Below are positions 1 through 8,718 of a DNA stretch of 64,000 nt, in pieces. Every line of letters begins with the position of its first letter. Within the stretch, counting starts at the first letter, position 1. The position numbers were made by a program, and so were the translations under genes. Origin of the DNA: Syntrophaceae bacterium UBA5744 (GTDB lineage: Bacteria > Desulfobacterota > Syntrophia > Syntrophales > UBA2192); the NCBI GenBank assembly GCA_002419215.1, contig DIFQ01000059.1:2220-66219 (forward strand), given 5' to 3'. A model generated the notes under the pieces. The model saw only the letters and a program-made list of their open reading frames with translations, was not told where the DNA came from and ran no database searches.

Positions 1-77
1 AAGGTAAAAGGACAAAGGAAACTTGCGAATCAAGAAACCCTTTTCACCTTTGACCTTTGACCTTTGACCTTTATCCT
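1..77. repeat. heptamer-array hairpin (CCTTTGA units)
   Basis: AAGGTAAAAGGACAAAGG - spacer - (CCTTTGA)x3-4. Left arm may be truncated by the window edge. Confidence 0.7.
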
Positions 78-94
78 ATTGACGGGAGGGCACG

Positions 95-553
95 ATGGAC
101 TTTGCGAGTTTAACGGATGCACTGATCTTTGCCATGGACAAGGAGAAAAAGGCCAACGAGCTCTACCTCCTGTTTCGCGGGAAAGTGAGGGACGACGGGG
201 CTAAAACCCTGCTCAAGGACCTGGCGGACCAGGAGCTGGGTCACTGGAAGATGATCCGGGAAGCCCTTTTGACCGGCACCGTCGAAGGCATCGGCGCGAA
301 GGCGAAGGGGCGAGACATCCAGGTGTCGGACTATATGGTGGAGATCGATCTCACCGCCGACAGCTCCCCGCAGGACATCATGGTCTTTGCCATGCAGATG
401 GAGAAGAAGGCCGTTGACTTCTACAACACTCTGCTTGCCCGGTACAGGGGGACGGAACTCGAGGCCCTCTTCAGCCGGCTCACCCGTGAGGAGATGCGCC
501 ACAAGGAAATCCTGGAAAAGGAATACGAGACGCACTTCGCGCAGTGGATGTAA
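95..553 (+). CDS. ferritin-like / rubrerythrin-family diiron protein
   Basis: 152-aa ORF with GGGAGGG Shine-Dalgarno upstream. Two ExxH motifs (QELGHW, EEMRHKE) in repeated helical halves are typical of rubrerythrin-type four-helix bundles. Confidence 0.85.
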   Translation: MDFASLTDALIFAMDKEKKANELYLLFRGKVRDDGAKTLLKDLADQELGHWKMIREALLTGTVEGIGAKAKGRDIQVSDYMVEIDLTADSSPQDIMVFAMQMEKKAVDFYNTLLARYRGTELEALFSRLTREEMRHKEILEKEYETHFAQWM

Positions 554-558
554 GAGCA

Positions 559-589
559 GGGTATCGGGTATCGGGTCTAGGGTATAGGG
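559..589. repeat. heptamer array (GGGTATC type), single arm
   Basis: GGGTATC GGGTATC GGGTCTA GGGTATA GGG, starting 6 nt after stop codon 553. Confidence 0.85.
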
Positions 590-606
590 CAAAGAAAGGA
601 AAGAAG

Positions 607-834
607 ATGAAGTTCAGAAAATATGTCGAAAAGCTGGTCGGCACGGTCGGCGAGCTGACGGCGGACGACGTCACCTACGTGTTGACCGTTCGTCCCGGCG
701 AGGAGCCGAAACACCCGGCGACGATTCTCAACGTGGATGAGGATTTTGTAACCGTAGAGGTGAAATTCCGGCGGACGAAAGTCCATCGGGTCATCCCCCT
801 CGGGGTTTTCTCCGTCTGCATTTCCGAGGAATGA
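607..834 (+). CDS. hypothetical small protein (75 aa)
   Basis: ATG at 607 follows a purine-rich stretch (AAGAAAGGAAAGAAG). Host-like GC3 codon usage. The longer ORF from 544 would translate the GGGTATC repeat array, so I prefer the internal start. Confidence 0.55.
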   Translation: MKFRKYVEKLVGTVGELTADDVTYVLTVRPGEEPKHPATILNVDEDFVTVEVKFRRTKVHRVIPLGVFSVCISEE

Positions 835-1450
835 TCATAAAAAAACGCGCCTGGTGGTCACCGTCTCGTCGCGGCGATCCACGGCACGTCATGCGGGATG
901 GATTGTACAGGCAGGTTCTATTCGATGATGGCGTAAAGCCAGGCGCCGACGATCGAAAAGCTGACTGTTATCACGAAGAGGTACTCGTACACTGCCATGC
1001 CTCCATGCATTTGCAAAGGCTGACCAGGATACCGTGCCAGACGAATACCCCAGTCAGTTTATGAACTCCCAGTCGGTAGCTTCCTCTATCAATGGTAACC
1101 GCGTTGCCCCCTCCCGGGGTGCTTTCCGGGTTCATCCTGAGGTGCTGAAGCTAGCGGGAGTGTCATTTCCCTTCAGCCTTATTATCGGCCGTCCCGGGCC
1201 CAACCTTTAGCGGGTTGGGAAATGCGATCTTTTTTATGAATGAAGATTTGCCAAAACCGTGCCACTTCCATGGCTTCGGGGATAGCCCAACGGGTGCCGC
1301 GCCTTTTTGCTCTACCGGGATCCCGCAGCAATGTATCGTGAAATCGAGAAGTTAAGAGGATGAGGGCCCATGGATGAAAAAGAACAGGATAAGGACCGGA
1401 CAGGAATTTCTCGATACGCCGATGCAGTCCGCAGCCATCCATCGGCCATC

Positions 1451-1479
1451 TTGACATAAAGGATGAGGTCATTTATCCT
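1451..1479 (+). promoter_or_regulatory. candidate sigma70 promoter of the PA2779-like operon
   Basis: TTGACA (1451-1456), 17-nt spacer, TATCCT (1474-1479), 47 nt upstream of ATG 1526. Confidence 0.4.
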
Positions 1480-1525
1480 TTTCACCGGCCGCAGGCTGAA
1501 TGAACCGTAATGAAGGAGATAAAAA

Positions 1526-1918
1526 ATGATATCGAGACTTCGAAAACCCCTCCTGGCGTTAGGAATCGCGATCTACCTGTCCTGCCTGTTCGTCTCACCG
1601 GCCCTTGCCGGCATGGTGGGCACGATGACGTCCCAGGGCTCCTCGTCCGCGCTCCGGCAGGACGAGATCAGCCGGATCCAGACGGCACTGGAGACGAAAA
1701 TGGTGGCGGAAAAGCTGAAGGCTTACGGGCTGACACCCGGAGAGATCGAGCAAAAGCTCCAGGGCCTCTCCGACGGGCAGATCCACATGCTCGCCCAGGC
1801 CTCGGATCCGATACTGGCAGGCGGAGACGCGCTGGGCGTCGTAATCGCCATCCTGGTGATCGTCCTCCTGGTTGTCCTGATCCTGAAGCTCTCGGACAAG
1901 ACGGTTGTGGTAAAATAG
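1526..1918 (+). CDS. PA2779-like secreted / C-terminally anchored protein
   Basis: GGAG SD 8 nt upstream. Signal peptide (LLALGIAIYLSCLFVSPALA), helical middle and C-terminal TM helix (VVIAILVIVLLVVLIL). Sits next to a C39-like peptidase, as in PA2779/PA2778 pairs. Confidence 0.7.
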   Translation: MISRLRKPLLALGIAIYLSCLFVSPALAGMVGTMTSQGSSSALRQDEISRIQTALETKMVAEKLKAYGLTPGEIEQKLQGLSDGQIHMLAQASDPILAGGDALGVVIAILVIVLLVVLILKLSDKTVVVK

Positions 1919-1982
1919 CGGCTGTTGACCGGGGGCGCATCCCGTTCGTTGCTTCGAGCCCGTTTTGCGACGCAAAGCCTGC

Positions 1983-2071
1983 GAAGATCGGAAGAGAAGA
2001 AGTGAGGAAGAGCGGATAAAAAAAGAATGACATCGACTCCGCTCTTCTGCTCTTCCGTGCTTCCTAACTTC
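1983..2071 (-). repeat. diverged GAAGAG-hairpin element, copy D
   Basis: GAAGATCGGAAGAGAAGAAGTGAGGAAGAGCGGA - AT-rich spacer - TCCGCTCTTCTGCTCTTCCGTGCTTCCTAACTTC. Same orientation as copy A. Confidence 0.75.
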
Positions 2072-2136
2072 TGCCCTTGAGGGTGCCTTGCATCTGGACA
2101 TTTTTGGACAGCCCGGGAAAGGTTTCCCATAGAACA

Positions 2137-2628
2137 TTGAAACGTTTTTTTATCCCGCTTTTCATACTGCTGGCTTCGAACGCCCTCGCTCTCGAGATCG
2201 AGGGCGTTCCTTTCATCCGACAGGAATCGCAGTTCTGCGGCCCCGCCTCGCTGGCCTCTGTCATGACGTTTTATGGGGCCCCTGAGGACCAGAAGAAGAT
2301 CGGCGCCGCAGTGTACAGCGAAAAACTCCAGGGGGCTCTCATCACCGATCTGGAGCAGTACGCCCGTCAGAAGGGGTTCGAGACGAAGTCCGGCCAGGGG
2401 ACCGTGGAAGGGCTGAAAGCTGAAATGGACCGGGGTCGGCCCGTCATGGTCCTTGTGGACCTGGGCTTCTGGGTTGTCTCGAAACCCCACTACCTTGTAG
2501 TCATCGGCTATGACGACGAGGGATTCACGGCCCACGACGGCTACACGCCGGCAAACCGCTACCCGTTCGCCCGTTTCAGCGAGGTCTGGGAAAAGATGGG
2601 GAATGTCTACCTTCTCGTGTACAAATGA
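2137..2628 (+). CDS. C39-like (papain-fold) cysteine peptidase, PA2778-like, secreted
   Basis: Signal peptide KRFFIPLFILLASNALA, then the Q..FCGPASLA catalytic-Cys context and a downstream His/Asp region (VVIGYDDEGFTAHDG). Start uncertain (TTG 2137 versus TTG 2077). Confidence 0.75.
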   Translation: MKRFFIPLFILLASNALALEIEGVPFIRQESQFCGPASLASVMTFYGAPEDQKKIGAAVYSEKLQGALITDLEQYARQKGFETKSGQGTVEGLKAEMDRGRPVMVLVDLGFWVVSKPHYLVVIGYDDEGFTAHDGYTPANRYPFARFSEVWEKMGNVYLLVYK

Positions 2629-2648
2629 TGGCGTAAGGCGAAGGGCAA

Positions 2649-3101
2649 ATGAAGAAATCCATTTTTTTGCTGGCTGTTCTCATCCTGGTGGGCTGTGCGA
2701 TGCCGAAGATCCCACAGATCATCGTGATCGACGACCCGCTGACGGCCCAGCAGCACAACGACCTCGGGGTGGCTTACGAGGAGAAGGGCGACTTCGTTCT
2801 TGCGGGGAAGGAATACGAGAAGGCCATCAAGAAGAACCGGGACTGGGTGATCCCCTACCTGAACCTGGGGCACCTCTATTACCGGCAGGACAAGCTCGAC
2901 CAGGCGGAAAGGGCTCTCCGGGAAGGCCTGCGAGTCAAAGGCGATCACCCCGATCTGCTGAATAACCTTGCATGGGTCCTCATGGAAAAGGGACAATACG
3001 ATCAGGCAACAGCCCTCATTGACAAGGCCATCGCCATTGAAGACAAGGAAGAATACCGGGACACCCGCCGGGAAATCATCGAAAGAAAGAAGGGAGAGTA
3101 G
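2649..3101 (+). CDS. TPR-repeat lipoprotein
   Basis: Lipobox LLAVLILVGC. Three TPR-like repeats (NDLGVAYEEKGDF.., YLNLGHLYYRQDKLDQA.., LNNLAWVLMEKGQYDQA..). Confidence 0.85.
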   Translation: MKKSIFLLAVLILVGCAMPKIPQIIVIDDPLTAQQHNDLGVAYEEKGDFVLAGKEYEKAIKKNRDWVIPYLNLGHLYYRQDKLDQAERALREGLRVKGDHPDLLNNLAWVLMEKGQYDQATALIDKAIAIEDKEEYRDTRREIIERKKGE

Positions 3102-3110
3102 CCCGAATAG

Positions 3111-3134
3111 AAAAAAGGGGACAGCCCCCTTTTC
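3111..3134 (+). terminator. rho-independent terminator (weak) after the TPR lipoprotein gene
   Basis: AAGGGG-acagc-CCCCTT stem followed by TTTT. Confidence 0.45.
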
Positions 3135-3325
3135 CCCGCCCAATGCCGACAGGATGTATCCATAGGCAGTCTCCCCGCTGCTGGTTCGGTTTTTGCTTCC
3201 CTGCTTGCCCATATAAGAAGAAATGGTCTCCTCATTGCCAGGAGATCGCCCGGAGTACCATGCAGTCATCTTTCGGGGCAGGGAAACGCTACGCATTCAG
3301 GCCTGAAGAGGCGGAGTCCGGCTCG

Positions 3326-4405
3326 ATGAAGGTCGGCATCTCGGGAATCCTGTCCCTGGAAACGGTGAAGGATTTTACGGCGGACGTGGAAGGGCTGCTG
3401 GACAGAACATCGGCCCCGACCTTGATCTTCGACCTCAACGGCATCGAATACCTGGACAGCACGGGCGCCCTGGCCCTCATCCTGTCCCGGGACAAGGCCG
3501 CCCGCAAATCCATCCACATCCGCATGAGCGGCATGAGCGCCGAAACCGGGCGCATGATCGGGATCGTCGATCCGGATGCCGACGGCTGCAGCGAGCCGCC
3601 GAAGCGGCCGGCCCCGAACGCATGGATGCGGGCGCAGGGCGTTGCGGCCCGCTTATCCGACCGGATGGATCTTCTCTGCCTGTTCATAGGGGACCTCGCC
3701 GCAGCCCTGGCCGCGAGCCTCGTCCGCCCGCGAAGCGTCCGCTGGGAAGCCGTCCTGTTCTATATGAAGCGGGCGGGGATGGAGGGCCTTCCCATCGTGG
3801 GTCTGATCAGTATCCTGCTGGGCTTGATCATGGCCTTCATGGCTTCCCTGCAGTTGCGCATGTTCGGGGCCAACCTGTATGTCGCCTCCCTCGTGTCGAT
3901 TTCCCTTGTGAAGGAACTTGGTCCGATCATGACCGCCATCCTCTTCGCGGGGCGTTCCGGCTCGGCATTTTCGGCGGAAATCGGGACGATGCGCGTGAAC
4001 GAGGAAATCGACGCCCTGTCGACGATGGGATTCGAGCCTGTCAATTTCCTCGTCGTGCCGAAGGTCATCGCCTCCATCCTCGTCGTGCCGATCCTGACGC
4101 TCTATGCCGACCTCCTGGGGATCCTCGGGGGGCTGTTCGTGGGCATCGCCGGGATGGACCTGACTGTCCAGTCGTATCTGCAGCAGACCAAGGAGAGTCT
4201 CGAAGTGTTCGACGTCGTTACGAGCCTGTTCAAATCCATGTGCTTTGCCGCCATGATTGCGGCCATCTCCTGTCACCATGGGTTCCAGGCAAAGGGGGGC
4301 GCGGAGGCCGTCGGTTCCGCCACCACCTCCGCGGTTGTGTCTTCGATCTTCCTGATCATCATCACGGATTCGGCATTCGCGATCATGCTGCATTACATCC
4401 GTTAG
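3326..4405 (+). CDS. ABC transporter permease, MlaE family, with N-terminal STAS (MlaB-like) domain
   Basis: N-terminal STAS-like segment (LIFDLNGIEYLDSTGALALIL) is fused to a multi-TM MlaE-type permease. Start could also be 3260 or 3143. Confidence 0.85.
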   Translation: MKVGISGILSLETVKDFTADVEGLLDRTSAPTLIFDLNGIEYLDSTGALALILSRDKAARKSIHIRMSGMSAETGRMIGIVDPDADGCSEPPKRPAPNAWMRAQGVAARLSDRMDLLCLFIGDLAAALAASLVRPRSVRWEAVLFYMKRAGMEGLPIVGLISILLGLIMAFMASLQLRMFGANLYVASLVSISLVKELGPIMTAILFAGRSGSAFSAEIGTMRVNEEIDALSTMGFEPVNFLVVPKVIASILVVPILTLYADLLGILGGLFVGIAGMDLTVQSYLQQTKESLEVFDVVTSLFKSMCFAAMIAAISCHHGFQAKGGAEAVGSATTSAVVSSIFLIIITDSAFAIMLHYIR

Positions 4406-4453
4406 GATCGCACGCCCCCACGAGGGAGACCGGGAGGCAGGAAAGGCAGCGAG

Positions 4454-5221
4454 ATGAAGGGTTCCGGACAGCCGGTCATCGACATACAGGGGATCTCCGC
4501 CTACTACAGGGACCACCGCGTCCTGGAGGATGTCAGCCTCCGGGTATTCCGGGGAGAGATCTTCGTGGTCGTCGGGGAGAGCGGTTGCGGAAAATCCACC
4601 CTGCTGAAATGCATGACCGGTCTGTACCGCCCCGATCAGGGCAGGGTCTTGATCCATGACACGGACCTGATCTCGGCCGATGATGAAGCCCTGCTCCAGG
4701 TGAAAAGGCTCTTCGGCGTACTTTTCCAGTCCGGTGCGCTGATCGGGTCCATGACCCTTGCGGAAAACATCGCGTTGCCGCTCACGGAGCACACGGATCT
4801 CGATCCGGGCTTCATCGACGAGATCGTCCGGATGAAGCTCCGCCTGGTCAACCTGGCCGGCTACGAGGACGCCTTTCCATCGGAGCTCTCGGGGGGGATG
4901 AAAAAGCGGGCAGGCATCGCGCGGGCCCTTGCGCTCGATCCGCAGATCCTGTTCCTGGATGAACTGTCGGCGGGCCTGGACCCGGTGACCTCGGCAGGGC
5001 TGGATCAGCTCGTAAAGGACATCAACGCGGGCATGGGAACGACCATGGTCATCGTGAGCCATGAGTTGAGCTCCATCATGTCGATCGCCGACCGGATCAT
5101 CATGCTGGACAAGAAAGCCAGGGGGATCATCGCGGAGGGCGATCCCCGCAAGATCAGTGAAAACGCCTCCGACCCGAGGGTTCACCGGTTTTTCAACCGA
5201 ATCCCCCCGAAAGGTTTCTGA
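4454..5221 (+). CDS. ABC transporter ATP-binding protein (MlaF-like)
   Basis: Walker A GESGCGKST, ABC signature LSGGMKKR, Walker B ILFLDE. Confidence 0.9.
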   Translation: MKGSGQPVIDIQGISAYYRDHRVLEDVSLRVFRGEIFVVVGESGCGKSTLLKCMTGLYRPDQGRVLIHDTDLISADDEALLQVKRLFGVLFQSGALIGSMTLAENIALPLTEHTDLDPGFIDEIVRMKLRLVNLAGYEDAFPSELSGGMKKRAGIARALALDPQILFLDELSAGLDPVTSAGLDQLVKDINAGMGTTMVIVSHELSSIMSIADRIIMLDKKARGIIAEGDPRKISENASDPRVHRFFNRIPPKGF

Positions 5222-5224
5222 GAC

Positions 5225-6043
5225 ATGGCCAAGAAAAAGACATCCAAGGTCTGGATCGGGTTGTTCGTGATCATCGGATCCGTCATCGGCGTGGGCTCGA
5301 TCGTGTGGCTCGGCGCCTCGAAATGCTTTGAGGGCGGAAAGGCCTACGTGGCCTATTTCGACGAATCCATCCAGGGTCTGCACCCCGATTCCAGCGTGAA
5401 ATTGAGGGGGGTCAACATCGGGCGAGTGGAACGAATCGGCGTGGAGCCGGAGACGGCCATGGTGGAAGTCGTCATGAAACTCAACGTCGACGAGCGCCTC
5501 AGAGAGGATCTCTGCGCCGAGCTGAAACTGGCGGGGCTCACCGGGATCGTCTACATCGACCTGGATCGAAAACGGGATGGGGAAACCCTGGAGGCGCCAC
5601 CCCACGGACGCACGCCGCCCTACCCGCTGATTCCCTCCCGGCCGTCCAGGACAAAGAAGCTGCTCGACAGGCTGGAATCCGCAACGGCCCATGTGGAAGG
5701 GACCTTCCACCACACGGACCGGCTGCTTGCCGGGGGAAGTGTCGATCACGTCCTGAACGGCACGAAAGACACCATCGCGGAAGCCCGCGCGACCCTCCAA
5801 AGCATCCGGACCGAGATGGAGGCCATGAAGCTGCGGGAAACGTCGGGTCAGGCGCAGAGACTCCTGGAAAGCCTGGAAACGGATTCACGCAGGATCTCGG
5901 TCGATCTGAAAGAGACCGCGGGGAATCTCCGCCAGGTCTCGGAAAATCTCGAGGGGCTCGTTGACAGGGTACAGGCCGACCCGTCTGAACTCCTCTTCAG
6001 CAGCGCACCTTCGCCCAGACCCCGTCAGGAGATCAAGCCGTGA
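5225..6043 (+). CDS. MlaD / MCE-domain substrate-binding protein
   Basis: N-terminal TM anchor, then an MCE-like domain (YVAYFDESIQGLHPDSSVKLRGVNIGRV) and a C-terminal helical region. Operonic with MlaE/MlaF. Confidence 0.85.
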   Translation: MAKKKTSKVWIGLFVIIGSVIGVGSIVWLGASKCFEGGKAYVAYFDESIQGLHPDSSVKLRGVNIGRVERIGVEPETAMVEVVMKLNVDERLREDLCAELKLAGLTGIVYIDLDRKRDGETLEAPPHGRTPPYPLIPSRPSRTKKLLDRLESATAHVEGTFHHTDRLLAGGSVDHVLNGTKDTIAEARATLQSIRTEMEAMKLRETSGQAQRLLESLETDSRRISVDLKETAGNLRQVSENLEGLVDRVQADPSELLFSSAPSPRPRQEIKP

Positions 6044-6753
6044 GAACGACACCCCGCAAACCGAGTTTCCGCCTTCATTTTTCCATGATTCGCCTTGCCC
6101 TGGGCCTGTGGGCCGCGGCGCTCCTCCTGGGCGGGTGCGCGGCAGGCGCGAAAACCTCCGCCGCCGCCGTCCGTCAATATGCCCTCGAATATCCGTCCCC
6201 GGCATTCGGGAACCTGGAACCGGTGTCTGACTCGATCCGCGTGGAGCCGCTTTCCATCGCCCGGGCCTTCAGCAACGCGTCCATGGTCTACCGTTCGAGA
6301 CCCTTCGTCTACGGCGATGATGCCTACAACCGCTGGAAGATCAAACCGTCGGTGATGATATCGGACCTGCTCCTTCGCGACATGAAGTCTGCGGGCCTGT
6401 TCGGCGGCGTGTTTTCCGGCAGCGACGCGGAAAGCGGGGATTATGCCCTCGGCGGGGTGATCGAGGAGCTTTACGAGCAGGAGGAAAGGGACGGCGGCAA
6501 GGCCGTTCTCTCCCTGAATGTGACCCTTCTCAACCGAAGCCGCCAGAACGCGGGAAGCCGCCTGATCTTCCAGAAGAACTACCGGTCCGTCCAGGCGTTG
6601 GAGACCGGTGATGCCGAATCCATGGCCCGGGCCGTAAGCAAGGCCATGGAAGCGCTGTCACGGGAGATCATCCTGGATGCCTATCAGGCGATGAGAGGAA
6701 ACGGAGAGACCGGGACGAAGGCGTCGCCCCCTCGCGGCCTCTCGGTTCGATAG
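6040..6753 (+). CDS. ABC-type transport auxiliary lipoprotein (PqiC/DUF330-like)
   Basis: GTG start overlaps the upstream stop (GTGA). Lipobox ALLLGGC. Position directly after the MCE gene is typical for the auxiliary lipoprotein. Confidence 0.75.
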   Translation: MRTTPRKPSFRLHFSMIRLALGLWAAALLLGGCAAGAKTSAAAVRQYALEYPSPAFGNLEPVSDSIRVEPLSIARAFSNASMVYRSRPFVYGDDAYNRWKIKPSVMISDLLLRDMKSAGLFGGVFSGSDAESGDYALGGVIEELYEQEERDGGKAVLSLNVTLLNRSRQNAGSRLIFQKNYRSVQALETGDAESMARAVSKAMEALSREIILDAYQAMRGNGETGTKASPPRGLSVR

Positions 6754-6789
6754 AGCCCGCAAGCGAATTACAGGCTCCCTGCAAGGCGC

Positions 6790-7428
6790 TCAAGACGGGG
6801 ACTGGGATTCCGAATCGCCCAGGAAAACCGCCATGACCGCCTCGGCCATGAGGCGGTAGCCCTCCACCGTCGGGTGCACCCCGTCGAACTGGACGAGTTC
6901 CTCGAAGTCGACGGCGCCGGACTGCACCTGCCGCCTCCAGTGCTCGTGCACCCGGGCCACGGGCAGGCCGAATTTTTCCGCCATCTCTTCGAGCTTCCCG
7001 TAGAAGAATTTCTCGATAAAGTCGAACGACTTCGGGTCGTCGAGCCAGACGGCCGTGACGAGGACGACCTCGGCCTGCGTGTTCTTCCGGATCCCGGCGA
7101 TCATCTCCTGGATGTTGCGGCCGAAGAGCTCCGAGGTGAAGCCGCAGAAGGCGTCGTTCAGGGCAAACTCCACGAGCACACAGTCCGGGTTGTAGAAATA
7201 GACGTCGGAGTCGACCCGGTCGAGGCCCCCCGAGGCCGTGTCGCCGGGGATGCCCTTGTTGACGATCTGGAAGGACGCCTTCGGGTAGCGCTTCCGGAGC
7301 ATTTCCTTCAGGAAATCGAGGTAGCCCTTGCTGACGAGCCAGCCATGGGTGAGGGAATCGCCGATGGCGACGATCTTCACGTCCTCGCCCGACTTCAGCT
7401 TCGCAATCGTCTTATCCGGCCGGATCAT
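6790..7428 (-). CDS. SGNH/GDSL-family hydrolase
   Basis: Block I motif IVAIGDSLTHGW; later GIPGDT and FDGVHPT blocks. Confidence 0.85.
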   Translation of the reverse strand: MIRPDKTIAKLKSGEDVKIVAIGDSLTHGWLVSKGYLDFLKEMLRKRYPKASFQIVNKGIPGDTASGGLDRVDSDVYFYNPDCVLVEFALNDAFCGFTSELFGRNIQEMIAGIRKNTQAEVVLVTAVWLDDPKSFDFIEKFFYGKLEEMAEKFGLPVARVHEHWRRQVQSGAVDFEELVQFDGVHPTVEGYRLMAEAVMAVFLGDSESQSPS

Positions 7429-7516
7429 GCATTTCGCTCCTTCTGTAAATGTTGCGGAAGCATACTCGATCTCTTCTTCCCTGTCGAGAACTAGATACCT
7501 TGCCGCGCAGCGGTCT

Positions 7517-7542
7517 CACCCGATACCCTATTCCCGATACCC
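7517..7542. repeat. heptamer array (CCCGATA type), single arm
   Basis: CACCCGATACCCTATTCCCGATACCC, in the divergent promoter region between the SGNH hydrolase and SPFH genes. Confidence 0.8.
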
Positions 7543-7611
7543 TTTTATGGAATGCATGCTTATTGCATGATGCAGTCTTAATTTCTTCATTCGAGCGGAG
7601 GGACACAGACG

Positions 7612-8718
7612 ATGGGGAACGACAATCTCATTTTCCTGGAAGTGCTGGAGTGGTTCGACGAGACGGGGCAGGAACTCGTGCACCGGCTCCCCGAGAAGGG
7701 CTCCGGCGAAATCAAGTACGGCGCCCAGCTCACCGTGCGGGAGAGCCAGTCGGCCGTCTTCTTCTATCAGGGAAAGGCCTATGACGCCTTCGGGCCCGGC
7801 CGTCACACCCTGTCGACGCTCAACATCCCCATCCTGACCAAGGTCCTCAGCTTCCCCTGGGGCATGACAAGCCCCCTGCGGGCGGAGGTCTATTTCGTCA
7901 ACATGAAGCTGTTCCCCAACCTCAAGTGGGGGACGCGCGACCCCGTGGCCTTCCGGGACTCCGAGCTGGGCCTCATCCGCCTGCGGGCCCACGGCGCATA
8001 CAGCATCCAGGTGCTGCAGCCGGCCCTGCTCATCAACCGTCTCGTCGGCACGCAGGGCATGTTCAGCACCCTGGAGATCGAGGACTACCTGAGCGAGGCC
8101 ATCGTATCGAGGTTCAACGACCTCATGGGCGAAACGATCGACACGGTCTTCAAGCTCCCGGGCCGCTACGAGGAGCTGTCGGCGGGACTTGTGAAACGGC
8201 TCCAGGAGGATTTCAGCCACTTCGGCCTGGGGCTGCAGGCCCTTTTCATCAATTCCATCACACCGCCCGCCGATGTGCAGAAGGCCATCGACGACAAGAG
8301 CCGCCTGGCCGTCTTCGACGACGTGAACAAGCTTCTCAAGGTGAAGGCCGCCATGGCTCTCGAGAAGGTCGCCGAGACGAAGTCCGAAGCGGGCGCCGGC
8401 CTCGGTATGGGCCTGGGTCTCATGATGCCCGCCTTCTACTCGGAGTACATGAAGCAGGGCGGAGACACGATGAAATGCCCCGACTGCCAGGGCCCCGTGA
8501 CGGCCGATTCGAAGTTCTGCCCGCGCTGCGGGCACCAGCTTGTCGTCTTGAGCCGCTGCCCCCGATGCGGCAAGAACCTGACGCCCCACGCGAAGTTCTG
8601 CTCGCGCTGCGGCAGCCCGGCCGGCGATGCTCCCGCGCCGAAGACGTGCCCGCAGTGCAAAACCGACAATCTGCCCGGCTCCGTATACTGTAACGGCTGT
8701 GGAAACAAGATCGGATAG
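7612..8718 (+). CDS. SPFH/band-7 domain protein with C-terminal multiple zinc ribbons (YdjI/COG4260-like)
   Basis: GGAGGG SD. N-terminal SPFH-like domain. C terminus carries four CxxC pairs (CPDCQG..CPRCG, CPRCGK..CSRCG, CPQC..CNGCG). Confidence 0.85.
   Translation: MGNDNLIFLEVLEWFDETGQELVHRLPEKGSGEIKYGAQLTVRESQSAVFFYQGKAYDAFGPGRHTLSTLNIPILTKVLSFPWGMTSPLRAEVYFVNMKLFPNLKWGTRDPVAFRDSELGLIRLRAHGAYSIQVLQPALLINRLVGTQGMFSTLEIEDYLSEAIVSRFNDLMGETIDTVFKLPGRYEELSAGLVKRLQEDFSHFGLGLQALFINSITPPADVQKAIDDKSRLAVFDDVNKLLKVKAAMALEKVAETKSEAGAGLGMGLGLMMPAFYSEYMKQGGDTMKCPDCQGPVTADSKFCPRCGHQLVVLSRCPRCGKNLTPHAKFCSRCGSPAGDAPAPKTCPQCKTDNLPGSVYCNGCGNKIG

Noticed and set aside
1182-1472. 96-aa minus-strand ORF in the gene-poor stretch.
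   Set aside because: The product is Trp/Arg/His-rich, third-position composition is unlike neighbouring genes, and there is no recognisable family. More likely non-coding or a decayed remnant.
3653-5800. Very long ORFs antisense to or overlapping annotated genes: 3653..5800(-), 7528..8874(-), 8420..9730(-), 10843..13194(+), 29976..32162(+), 37442..38719(+), 50885..52039(-), 60502..62862(+) and many shorter ones.
   Set aside because: These are typical shadow ORFs of a GC-rich genome. Their products are Arg/Gly/Pro/Asp-rich low-complexity sequence, they have no SD, and each overlaps a gene on the other strand or frame with clear family motifs.
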